From an uncultured Candidatus Entotheonella sp. (lineage in GTDB: Bacteria > Tectomicrobia > Entotheonellia > Entotheonellales > Entotheonellaceae), in assembly GCA_965217185.1 (NCBI GenBank), contig OZ244252.1:1024001-1088000 (forward strand): a stretch of DNA of 64,000 nt. Direction: 5' to 3'. Below are positions 1-9,265 of this stretch, piece by piece. A program made the translations under genes and the position numbers. Position 1 is the first letter of the stretch. Every line of letters starts with the position of its first letter. The notes beneath the pieces were generated by a model. That model ran no database searches and was not told the DNA's origin. It saw only the letters and a list, made by a program, of their open reading frames with translations.

Positions 1-445
1 ATGCCGCTATGCCCATCTCCATTCCGGGAAAACCCAGTCCGTCCGTCGTGGTGGCCTTAACGCTAAATTGTGCAGGCTCGGCATTTACGGTGGCGGCGAG
101 CGTTGCCGCCATGCGTGGAAGGTAGGGAGCCAATCGAGGCCGTTGGGCCACAATCGTAATATCGGCGTTCCCTAGCGTGTGGTGATTTTCCGCCAGCAAT
201 CGTGTTACAGCTTTCAGGATAATGAGACTGGAAACTCCGCGCCAACGTTCGTCCGCACTTGGGAAATGCTGGCCTATATCGCCAAGTGCGGCTGCCCCAA
301 GCATGGCGTCGCACAGCGCATGCACAGCAACGTCCGCGTCAGAGTGTCCTTGCAAGCCATATTCGTGGTGAATGGGTACGCCGCCCAACACCAAGGCAGC
401 GTCAGGCACCAGCCGGTGCGCATCGTAGCCGAACCCTATTCGCAT
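1..445 (-). CDS. ispF: 2-C-methyl-D-erythritol 2,4-cyclodiphosphate synthase (runs off the window edge; not in ORF track)
   Basis: Manual translation from ATG at 445: MRIGFGYDAHRL...GHSDADVAVHALCDAMLGAAALGDIGQHFP...NADITIVAQRPRLAP...VKATTTDGLGF; lies directly downstream of ispD. Confidence 0.95.
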   Translation of the reverse strand, partial: MRIGFGYDAHRLVPDAALVLGGVPIHHEYGLQGHSDADVAVHALCDAMLGAAALGDIGQHFPSADERWRGVSSLIILKAVTRLLAENHHTLGNADITIVAQRPRLAPYLPRMAATLAATVNAEPAQFSVKATTTDGLGFPGMEMGIAA

Positions 446-454
446 GCACTTCCC

Positions 455-1174
455 TCACTGACGCAGGGTACGCAGCAAACCTTCGCTGAAAATCAAATCC
501 TCCGGTGTCGTAATCTTGATGTTGTTTTCCAATCCCGAGACCACTTTCACCGGATGTCCCATCGATTCGAGCAGACCGGCGTCATCCGTCGCATATACGC
601 CTCGCTCCCAAGCCTGTCGATACGCCGACATCAGGAGATGTCGCTGAAATGCCTGCGGCGTCTGCGTACGCCACAAATTTTCCCGCGGAACCGTTGCTTC
701 AACTTCCCCCCCTTCGGAGATGCGCTTCAGCGTATCTCGAAGCGGCACGGCTGTCACGGCGGCACCGTGCTGTGCGGCACAACCTAGCGTTTCCTGCAAA
801 ACTGCCTCCGTTACAAAAGGGCGGACGCCATCATGAACCACCACCAAGTCAACCGCCGCATCGATCCGCTGCAGACCACGCCAAACCGATTCCTGGCGAC
901 TCGCTCCCCCTGCTACGACGTCGCGCACTTTGCGGAATCCATAACGTTCGATGATTCCATGTTGGCAAGCTGAAACATTTTTGGCGGCGACAATGACCCA
1001 TACTTCGCCGATGACCGCACAGCGTTCAAAAACGTCTAGCGTGCGCGCCAATATCTCTCGCCCGCCGAGTTGCAAAAACGGCTTCGCGATGTCCCCACCC
1101 ATCCGGACCCCACTGCCGGCAGCCGGAATAAGGCCCGCGACACGTTTGTGAGTCAGGGTTGCTTTCACGTTCAT
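455..1174 (-). CDS. ispD: 2-C-methyl-D-erythritol 4-phosphate cytidylyltransferase
   Basis: IPAAGSGVRMG, GGASRQESV, VHDGVRPF, QTPQAF, TDDA and NIKITTPEDL motifs; start uncertain (1174 or 1189). Confidence 0.95.
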   Translation of the reverse strand: MNVKATLTHKRVAGLIPAAGSGVRMGGDIAKPFLQLGGREILARTLDVFERCAVIGEVWVIVAAKNVSACQHGIIERYGFRKVRDVVAGGASRQESVWRGLQRIDAAVDLVVVHDGVRPFVTEAVLQETLGCAAQHGAAVTAVPLRDTLKRISEGGEVEATVPRENLWRTQTPQAFQRHLLMSAYRQAWERGVYATDDAGLLESMGHPVKVVSGLENNIKITTPEDLIFSEGLLRTLRQ

Positions 1175-1322
1175 GTGTCTCGACAGCACCCACCCAAGGT
1201 GAAATACCGCTCAAAAGGATTGCCTATACAGGTGGCAAGAATTTCAATGCGCATGTTATAGTCGAGTTTTGATCACCACAATTGGTTTCTTAGTTCGCGG
1301 AGCACGCTCCGGGAGGAATCTC

Positions 1323-1631
1323 TTGAGACAGCAGCACGCTCTTCTTGATGCCGCCATTAAGGTGGTAGGAAACCGCTACTATACGACCATGCTGATTGCC
1401 AAACGCATCCGTCAACTCCAGCACGGCGCCCGGCCGCAAGTATCACCTGAGGAAGCAGACAGCTTTTTTACCATCGCGGTTCGTGAAATTGCTGCTGGCC
1501 ACCTCTCTTTTGAGTCTGCCCCCCCGCCTGAGAATGTCTCTCCTATCTCCACCGCAATTTCCGGCAACGGCACCCTTGAGGATAAGAGTGAAGTGGTAGA
1601 AGCGTCTGAAACGGCAGACGATGGTGCCTGA
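1323..1631 (+). CDS. rpoZ: RNA polymerase omega subunit-like protein with acidic tail
   Basis: VGNRYYTTMLIAKRIRQLQHGARPQV...TIAVREIAAG fits the omega pattern; GGAGGA RBS before TTG at 1323. Confidence 0.75.
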   Translation: MRQQHALLDAAIKVVGNRYYTTMLIAKRIRQLQHGARPQVSPEEADSFFTIAVREIAAGHLSFESAPPPENVSPISTAISGNGTLEDKSEVVEASETADDGA

Positions 1632-1651
1632 CAGGGAGAAAAGGTTCAACC

Positions 1652-1972
1652 ATGACACAACGATTTGTCTACTGCGCGAAGCTTCAAAAGGAGGCTCCTG
1701 GCATTGATGAGGATGATCTCCAGGGCGGCATTGCCTTGGAAATGATTGAATCGCTGGGAGGGGCTGAATTACGTCAACGTATCTATGAAAACATCTCGAT
1801 GGAGGCTTGGGAGTTGTGGAAAGGCTTCCTGACGATGATTCTAAACGAGTATCGCCTGAATGTCATGGACCCACAGGCCGACGAGTTCATCCGCCAACAA
1901 ATGGAAGAATTCTTTTTCGGTGAAGGTGCCGTCCTGCCGCCAGGTTACGTTCCGCCGATGGGCAAGGGCTAG
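1652..1972 (+). CDS. yggX: Oxidative damage protection / Fe(II)-trafficking protein
   Basis: RFVYCAKLQKEAPG...RIYENISMEAWELW...TMILNEYRLN...MEEFFFG...PPGYVPP. Confidence 0.9.
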   Translation: MTQRFVYCAKLQKEAPGIDEDDLQGGIALEMIESLGGAELRQRIYENISMEAWELWKGFLTMILNEYRLNVMDPQADEFIRQQMEEFFFGEGAVLPPGYVPPMGKG

Positions 1973-2016
1973 GTCGGCTGCCGTTTGAGAGCAGCATTCG
2001 TCAGGGGGAGGCTACA

Positions 2017-3417
2017 GTGCGTGTCGTACTCCTCGCAACGTATGAATTGGGACGACAGCCTTTTGGCCTAGCTTCCCCTGCCGCTTGGCTACGACAGGCA
2101 GGAGCGACGGTTCAATGCCAGGATTTGTCACGCAGTCGCCTGGACCGCGAGGCCATTCTGGCGGCCGATCTCGTGGCCTTCTACATCCCCATGCATACCG
2201 CAACACGGATTGCCATCCAGGTTGCGAAACATGTCAAGACCCTTAACCCGCAAGCTCACCTCTGCTTCTATGGCCTTTACGCCCCCATGAACGGTCGCTT
2301 GTTGCGCGAATTGGGGGCTGCCACCTTGCTCGGTGGGGAATTTGAATCCGGGCTATTAAGACTCGTACGAAGTCTTCAGACGAATTCGCCACCCGCCGCC
2401 CAAGAGCCGGAAGACGTGATTTCCCTGCAGCGCCAACAGTTCCAGGTACCTGATCGGCGTGATTTGCCCCCCCTGCCCGTTTACGCCCAACTCAAAATAG
2501 GCAAGCGTTCACGCGTCGCCGGCTACACGGAAGCCAGCCGCGGCTGCAAACACTTGTGCCGTCATTGTCCGATCGTGCCGGTCTACGAAGGCCGTTTTCG
2601 CATCGTACAGAGGGATGTTGTCGTGGAAGATATCCGGCAACAAGTCGCGGCTGGTGCCGAGCATGTGACCTTTGGCGACCCCGATTTTTTCAACGGTATC
2701 AGCCACGCCTTGCCGCTGGTGCATGACCTGCATCGGGAGTTTCCCCGCCTCACCTACGATGTCACGATCAAAATAGAACACCTGCTGCGGTATGCCGAGC
2801 ATTTGCCTACCCTCCGCCAAACCGGCTGCCTGATGGTGACGAGCGCCGTGGAGTCCGTTCAGAATCGCGTTCTGCGCCTGCTCGACAAGGGCCATACCCG
2901 GCAGGATTTTCTCCAGGTTCTGGTCTTGTCCAGGCAAGCCGGTCTTTGCCTCAATCCGACGTTTGTCGCCTTCATGCCCTGGGTTTCTTTGGCTGACTAT
3001 ATTGACTTGCTGACTGTAGTCGCCGCGCAAGGTCTGATCGAACACGTCTCACCCATCCAACTCGCCATGCGTTTGCTAATCCCCGATGGCTCCAAACTGC
3101 TGGATCTGCCCGAAATGCGTCCTTCGCTGCGGGAATTCGACGCCGACGCCCTGTCGTATCGGTGGGAACATCCTGATGTGCGGATGGATGGCCTATGTGC
3201 GGAAGCGCTCCAATTAGTCCAAAGCGGTGAGGCGGAGAGCGCCAGTCGCGATGAGATATTTGAACGCCTTTGGCACGCCGCCCACAAGGCCGCCCGAATT
3301 CCTGCCCCGCCGGTGCCCGCCCCCGTTGTCCCGCCAGCCCGCGGACCCGTTCCTTACCTCGACGAGCCGTGGTATTGTTGAGCGGAACCCACTGAGGAGC
3401 AGGTCGCTCCTTTTTAG
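2017..3417 (+). CDS. CUAEP-tail radical SAM selenoprotein with N-terminal B12-binding-like region; Sec at TGA 3379-3381
   Basis: CKHLCRHC (CxxxCxxC); N-terminal QPFGLASPAAWL; reading through TGA gives EPWYC-U-AEPTEEQVAPF-TAG, the signature tail of the CUAEP/CCAEP-tail rSAM family. Confidence 0.88.
3394..3412 (+). promoter_or_regulatory. Putative bacterial SECIS element
   Basis: Stem AGGAGC/GCTCCT with loop AGGTC starting 19 nt after the in-frame UGA. Confidence 0.75.
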
Positions 3418-3469
3418 CATCAAGGCTTTCTTGGCTTTCCGGCCATGAACGCAGCTTGGGGGAATCAGG

Positions 3470-4741
3470 ATGGCAACATCCGACATCCGCTATTCTCGGC
3501 TCATGCTCCTGTATACGACGACAGGGTATGAAGCACGGGAATTCATACGAACGGCTCACCGACTCGGCGTGGAAACGGTGCTCGGCAGCGACCGCTGCGA
3601 TGTTCTGGACGATCCCTGGGAAGACGATGCCGTGCCGCTACGGTTTGAGCGGCCCCAGGAAGCCGCGCAGCGCATCGTCGATATTGCTGGCCAGCATTCC
3701 ATCACCGCCATTCTTCCTGTAGGCGACACCCCTCTTCTCAGCGCAGCGAAAGCAAGCCGGGAATTGGGCTTGCTGCACAACTCACCGGACGCCGTACTGG
3801 CCAGCCGCAACAAATATCTCATGCGCCAGCGCCTGCAAGCGGCTTTTGCGCAAGTGCCGGCTTTTATGTGTTTCCCGATGCAAACCGACCCCCGTCTCGT
3901 GCAACATGAGGTTCCGTACCCATGTGTCGTTAAGCCGCTTGCCCTGTCGGCGAGTCGCGGTGTCATGCGTGCCAATAACCCGGCCGAATTTGTTACGGCT
4001 TTCCTTCGGCTGCGCGTCTTGCTGGAACGGCCTGAAATACGCCAGAAACAAGATGAAACCAACGAAGAGATCCTCGTCGAAAGTTTCATTCCCGGTGCCG
4101 AGGTTGCTTTGGAAGGCCTGTTAACCGAGGGCCACCTGCAACCGCTGGCCCTGTTTGACAAACCCGACCCGCTAAATGGTCCTTTCTTTGAAGAAACCCT
4201 TTACATCACCCCTTCCCGTCTCAGTGCGGACCTGCAGGCCGAGATCGTCTGCTGCGCCGAACAGGCAGCCCATGCTCTGGGTCTCTGCCACGGTCCTTTG
4301 CACGCCGAATTTCGTGTCAACGGCCAAGGCCCCTGGCTCCTCGAACTCGCCGCCCGGCCCATCGGCGGTTTGTGAAGCCGCTCGCTGCGCTTTGGGACCG
4401 GGATGTCCCTCGAAGAGTTGCTCATCCGCCACGCCTGCCAGCTCCCCCTGCCCTCCCTGTCACGCGAGCAGGCCGCTGCCGGCACCATGATGCTGCCTAT
4501 TCCCCGCGCCGGCTTTCTCAAACACGTGACGAGCCTGGACGCAGCACTCAGCGTTCCCGGCATCGAAGATGTTGTGATCACCGCCAAACCGCACGAGAAA
4601 CTCCAGCCCTTTCCCGAGGGCGCCAGTTACCCCGGGTTCATTTTTGCCCGCGGTGAAACCCCGCAGGCGGTCGAGCAGGCCCTGCGTGAGGCCCACCGAC
4701 GCCTGCATCTGGTCATCACGCCCAGCCTCGACTTGCTCTGA
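3470..4741 (+). CDS. ATP-grasp ligase (L-amino-acid-ligase-like), probable selenoprotein; Sec at TGA 4373-4375
   Basis: ORFs 3470..4375 and 4403..4741 are in the same frame, joined by TGA plus SRSLRFGTG; ATP-grasp motifs RNKYLMR, YPCVVKPLALSASRGV, LVESFIPGAE, HAEFR, ELAARPIGG. Confidence 0.78.
4390..4415 (+). promoter_or_regulatory. Putative bacterial SECIS element
   Basis: Stem GGGAC/GTCCC (4394-4398/4405-4409), loop CGGGAT starting 23 nt after the UGA, extendable by CTTT/GAAG. Confidence 0.62.
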
Positions 4742-4937
4742 CGCCATGGGGTGCCCCCCAATCCACGGAGTCTTACCTTAAGGAAACCAATACTTACAAA
4801 AATGTCGATTTGTACATAAATGGTCCCCCGATTAACAATCCCGTTCCTACCTTGGCGCCATCCTTGAGAGTGCTGGTCATCCCTTATCGCATCCGAAGGA
4901 CAGCCCCACACAACGGTTTCGGCATTCCCGCCAGTAG

Positions 4938-4954
4938 TTGGCATGCAAGTTGCT
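4938..4954 (+). promoter_or_regulatory. sigma54 (-24/-12) promoter of the urt operon
   Basis: TTGGCATGCAAGTTGCT: GG-N10-GC, close to the TGGCAC-N5-TTGCW consensus, about 63 nt upstream of the urtA start. Confidence 0.8.
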
Positions 4955-5017
4955 CTCTATGAGCGAGCAGCGGAAGTTCGCAACATTGTCTCGTTCAAGT
5001 TACTTAAGGAGAATATC

Positions 5018-6370
5018 GTGACCAACTTGCACCCTGCGGGCCGGGCCCGCACGCACAAATGGCAGGCCGTGAAACGTACCGCCTGCGCCCTCGGGCTCTC
5101 GCTCGCCCTGTTGGTAGGGCTGATGGGAAGCGGCGCCATGGCGCAGGAGCCCATCAAGGTAGGCGTGTTGCATTCGCTGAGCGGCACCATGGCCATCAGC
5201 GAGGGGCCCCTCAGGGAAATCATCCTCATGGCCATCGAGGAGATTAACGAGGCCGGCGGCGTCCTCGGGCGCCCTGTCGAGCCGATTGTGGAAGATCCTG
5301 CCTCGAATTGGGACCTCTTTGCCGAAAAGGCCAAGAAACTCCTGACGCAAGATGAGGTGGCGACGGTTTTCGGATGCTGGACTTCGGTGAGCCGTAAGTC
5401 CGTGCTGCCGGTGTTCGAGCAGTACAATGGCCTCCTTTTCTACCCTGTCCAGTACGAGGGCGAGGAGTGCTCCAAGAACGTCATCTACACCGGTGCGACG
5501 ATCAACCAGCAAGCGTCCCCTGCGGTGGATTATTTGATGAGCCCGGAAGGCGGCAGCAAGAAGCGCTTCTACCTGGTCGGCACGGACTACGTCTACCCGC
5601 GCACCACGAACAAAATCCTGCGGCTCTACCTCACCAAGGCCAAGGGCGTCGCGGAAGATGGCATCGCTGAGGAATACACGCCGTTTCACCACCAGGACTA
5701 CCAGACCATCGTCGGCAAGATCAAAAGCTTCTGCGCCGGTGGTGATGGCGCGGTGATCAACACCATCAACGGTGACAGCAACGTGCCGTTCTTCAAGGAA
5801 CTGGCCAATCAAGGCATCACGGCCGACACCTGTCCGGTCATTTCGTTCAGCTTTGCCGAGGTGGAATTGCAAACCCTGGACGTCAAGCCTCTGGCTGGTC
5901 ACTTGGCTTCCTGGAACTATTACATGTCGCTGAAGTCCCCGCAGAACTTCAAGTGGGTGAAGGCGTACAAGAAATGGTGCGAAAAGCGCGGCATCCCCGA
6001 CAAGCAGTGCGTGACTGACGATCCGATGATGCACGCCTACACGCACGTCAAGCTGTGGGCCCAGGCCGTCGAGAAGGCCGGCAGCACGGACGTCGAACCG
6101 GTCCTGAAGGCGCTGGAGGGCCTGACGGTCAGCAGCCCCGTCGGCGATTACAAGGTCGACGAGAAGAACCATCACACCTGGAAGCCGGTCTACATCGGCA
6201 AAATCCGCGAAGATGGTCAATTCGACGTCGTGTGGAAGAGCAAGGAGTGGGTGCGGCCCCTGCCGTGGAGCGAGCTGACCTATCCGGGTCGGGCCTGCGA
6301 TTGGAGCGGCGACGGCCTGGGAACCTATGATATGGTGAATGGCGACCGCGTCTGGCTGTCTCAGCAATAG
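5018..6370 (+). CDS. urtA: Urea ABC transporter substrate-binding protein
   Basis: IKVGVLHSLSGTMAISE, FGCWTSVSRKSVLPVFE, YPVQYEGEE, GTDYVYPRTTN; AAGGAG RBS before GTG 5018 (ATG 4943 lies inside the promoter). Confidence 0.95.
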   Translation: MTNLHPAGRARTHKWQAVKRTACALGLSLALLVGLMGSGAMAQEPIKVGVLHSLSGTMAISEGPLREIILMAIEEINEAGGVLGRPVEPIVEDPASNWDLFAEKAKKLLTQDEVATVFGCWTSVSRKSVLPVFEQYNGLLFYPVQYEGEECSKNVIYTGATINQQASPAVDYLMSPEGGSKKRFYLVGTDYVYPRTTNKILRLYLTKAKGVAEDGIAEEYTPFHHQDYQTIVGKIKSFCAGGDGAVINTINGDSNVPFFKELANQGITADTCPVISFSFAEVELQTLDVKPLAGHLASWNYYMSLKSPQNFKWVKAYKKWCEKRGIPDKQCVTDDPMMHAYTHVKLWAQAVEKAGSTDVEPVLKALEGLTVSSPVGDYKVDEKNHHTWKPVYIGKIREDGQFDVVWKSKEWVRPLPWSELTYPGRACDWSGDGLGTYDMVNGDRVWLSQQ

Positions 6371-6372
6371 TA

Positions 6373-8070
6373 GTGACCTGTACGCGGGGAAATGCCTTAT
6401 GGCGTTCCCCCGCAACCGTTTCAAGCACGCGGAGACATGAATTGTTACGTATCCTCGCCTTCCTGCTGCTCGTGTGCTGTACTGGCGGCCTGTTGTCCAA
6501 TGCGGCGGTCGCGGCGGACACGCCCGCCGACTACGCGCAGGACCTCGTCGCTCCGGCAACCCAGCGGGCCACCCTCGAACGAATCCGCGACCTCGCCGAC
6601 CCGGCCTTCCGGGGGGTGCTCCAAGCTCTTAAGGAAGGCGCCCTGTATAGCTGGCCGGAAGGTCTCCTTATCTTCACCGACGATGGGGTTTTTGTGGACC
6701 TCGCCGGCACCCCGCTGCTCGACGACGCCGGTGAAGCCATTTTCCCCGAGGAGGGTCTCGATCAGGTCCCCTTGGAGGAAGAAAACATCCCGTTGGTGCA
6801 ACGCGCCATCGATGTTATCGATCTCTTCGCCGCTGACCCCAAGGCGCGGCGCTCGACTGCCCTGCGCCTGGGCAATATGCAGGACGCATTGCTGATTTCC
6901 GTCCTGCAAGAGGCGCGCGAGGCGGAACAGGACGCCGCGGTGCGCAACGTCCTCATTGAGGCCGTCAACAAATTGCAGTTGTTTGCGCCGGACGCGCAGG
7001 CACGGCGCGAGGCCGTCACCTACTTCGGCGACGCGCGCTCGGAAGCCGCGCTGAGCCGCCTGCGCGACATGCGCCTGAACGAGACCGACGCTCAAGTGCG
7101 GGCCGCGGTCGTTCAAGCCGTCGAAACCATTGAGAATTTTCTGCTGGTTCGCAACAGCGTCGGCTACCTCTTCAACGGTGTCAGTCTTTCCTCCATTCTG
7201 CTGATCATGAGTCTGGGGCTCGCCATCACCTTCGGACTGATGGGCATCATCAACATGGCGCACGGCGAAATGCTGATGATCGGCTCGTATACCGCCTACG
7301 TGCTGCAAGAATTCTTTGCCGATTACCTGCCGGGTTATCTCGATTATTACTACATCTTGGCCCTGCCCTTATCCATCCTCACGGCGGGCTGCGTCGGCCT
7401 GCTGATGGAACGCGGCATCCTGCGTTTTCTGTACGGGCGCCCGCTCGAAAGCCTGCTCATCACGTGGGGCATCGGCATGGTGCTGCAACAGGGTGCGCGC
7501 CTCTTTTTCGGGGATCAAACGAGCGTCAGCCCGCCCACCTGGTTTCGCGGCGGCTGGGAGGTCATGCCGGGGCTCATTTTCCCCTACAGCCGGCTCTTCA
7601 TCATTGCCCTGTCGGGGTTCGCCCTGGGCATGGTGTACCTGCTGCTGTATCGCTCCAACGTCGGCCTGCGCATCCGTTCGGTGATGCAGAATCGCGACAT
7701 GGCCGCCTGCATAGGCATTTCCACGCGCAAAGTTGACGCCTTCACCTTCGCGCTCGGCACCGCGTTGGCGGGGCTGGCGGGCTGCGCGCTGAGCCTCATC
7801 GGCACCGTGGACCCGGAGGTCGGCAAGACCTACATCGTCGATTCGTTCATGGTCGTGGTGCTGGGCGGGGTCGGTAAACTGTTCGGCACGGTGCTGGCGT
7901 CCTTTGGCATCGGCATGTCGAACAAGCTTCTGGAGCCGCTGATCGGCGGCACCGCCGCTGCGGTTTACGCCAAGGTCAGCATTCTCGTGCTGGTCATCAT
8001 TTTCTTGCAGATCAGGCCCACGGGGCTCTTCCCGGCCAAGGAACGCACGGCCGCCGGCGCACTGCGATAA
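6373..8070 (+). CDS. urtB: Urea ABC transporter permease with N-terminal HEAT-like extension
   Basis: LGLAITFGLMGIINMAHGEM, RPLESLLITWG, YIVDSFMVVVLGGVG. Confidence 0.93.
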   Translation: MTCTRGNALWRSPATVSSTRRHELLRILAFLLLVCCTGGLLSNAAVAADTPADYAQDLVAPATQRATLERIRDLADPAFRGVLQALKEGALYSWPEGLLIFTDDGVFVDLAGTPLLDDAGEAIFPEEGLDQVPLEEENIPLVQRAIDVIDLFAADPKARRSTALRLGNMQDALLISVLQEAREAEQDAAVRNVLIEAVNKLQLFAPDAQARREAVTYFGDARSEAALSRLRDMRLNETDAQVRAAVVQAVETIENFLLVRNSVGYLFNGVSLSSILLIMSLGLAITFGLMGIINMAHGEMLMIGSYTAYVLQEFFADYLPGYLDYYYILALPLSILTAGCVGLLMERGILRFLYGRPLESLLITWGIGMVLQQGARLFFGDQTSVSPPTWFRGGWEVMPGLIFPYSRLFIIALSGFALGMVYLLLYRSNVGLRIRSVMQNRDMAACIGISTRKVDAFTFALGTALAGLAGCALSLIGTVDPEVGKTYIVDSFMVVVLGGVGKLFGTVLASFGIGMSNKLLEPLIGGTAAAVYAKVSILVLVIIFLQIRPTGLFPAKERTAAGALR

Positions 8071-8088
8071 GGAAGGTCAACCGCGACC

Positions 8089-9252
8089 ATGAAACCCACC
8101 TCGGCTTGGAAAGAAGCGCTGCTGCCAGGCGCCCTGCTTGCAGTCATCCTGGTGATCGGCCTGCCGCTGCTGAACGCCGCCGGGTACGTCTCCGACTACT
8201 ACCTCAACCTGTTTGGCAAGTACCTGTCGCTGGCCGTTCTGGCCATGGGCATGGCCCTCATCTGGGGGTTCTCCGGCATCCTGAGCCTGGGGCAGGCCAT
8301 CTTCTTCGGCATCGGCGCCTACTCGATCGGCATGTATCTGATGCTCCAATCGAGCGGCAAGGGCGTTTATGGCGAAGCGATTCCCGACTTCATGGTGTGG
8401 AACCAGGTCACCCAGCTGCCGTTGTACTGGAAGCCCTTCCACTCCCTGTCCTTCGCCCTCATCGCGGCCCTGTTGGTGCCGGTTGTCGTGGCCGTCGTGA
8501 TCGGCTTTCTGACGTTTCGGCGTCGCGTCGGCGGCACCTACTTTGCCATTCTGACCCAAGCCATGGCTTTCGCCGCCTGGTTAATGTTCAACCGCAACGA
8601 GCTCAACCTCGGCGGCACCAACGGCCTCACCGACTTCAAAACCCTGCTTGGCTACTCGTTGAGCGAGCCGAGCACGCAACGCGGGCTGTATCTGTGCACC
8701 GCGCTTCTGCTGGTCGTCAGCTTCTTCATCTGCCGCTGGCTGGTAGGCTCGAAAATGGGGCTGGTGCTCACCGCCATGCGCGACCAGGAACAGCGCCTGC
8801 GCTTTCTGGGCTATCCGGTCGCCTCGTACAAGATCTTCATTTTCGCCGTGGCGGCGGCCTTGGGCGGCCTGGCGGGCGCTTTGTACGTGCCGCAAGTCGG
8901 TATCATCACGCCCAGTCAGATCGGCGTTCTGCCGTCGCTGGAAATCGTCGTCTGGGTGGCCACCGGCGGGCGCAACAGCCTCATTGGCGCAATCATCGGC
9001 GCTGTGGGCATCAATGCGGCGCGCAGCGTCCTGACGGCCCGCTTCCCGGAATGGTGGCCGGTGATCCTGGGCGGTCTGTTCGTGGCCGTTGTCCTGTTCT
9101 TTCCCGATGGCATCGTCGGCATCCCCGCCCAGTGCCGCAGGGGCATCCGAAGGCTACGTGCTCGGCTGGCCGGCGCTCCGGCCCGTCGTCCGGCACCGGT
9201 AACACGCTCAAGCGAGCAACCGGCGTCAACCGTTAGCCGGTCCGACGGCTGA
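8089..9252 (+). CDS. urtC: Urea ABC transporter permease
   Basis: WGFSGILSLGQ, IPDFMVWN, GTYFAILTQA, GGTNGLTDF. Confidence 0.93.
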   Translation: MKPTSAWKEALLPGALLAVILVIGLPLLNAAGYVSDYYLNLFGKYLSLAVLAMGMALIWGFSGILSLGQAIFFGIGAYSIGMYLMLQSSGKGVYGEAIPDFMVWNQVTQLPLYWKPFHSLSFALIAALLVPVVVAVVIGFLTFRRRVGGTYFAILTQAMAFAAWLMFNRNELNLGGTNGLTDFKTLLGYSLSEPSTQRGLYLCTALLLVVSFFICRWLVGSKMGLVLTAMRDQEQRLRFLGYPVASYKIFIFAVAAALGGLAGALYVPQVGIITPSQIGVLPSLEIVVWVATGGRNSLIGAIIGAVGINAARSVLTARFPEWWPVILGGLFVAVVLFFPDGIVGIPAQCRRGIRRLRARLAGAPARRPAPVTRSSEQPASTVSRSDG

Positions 9253-9265
9253 CAGGGAGCGATAC

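Noticed and set aside
4943..5017. ORF-track start of urtA at ATG 4943
   Set aside because: It lies within the sigma54 promoter; GTG 5018 has the RBS
6373..7140. HEAT-like N-terminal extension of UrtB as a novel fusion
   Set aside because: Such extensions are common in UrtB proteins
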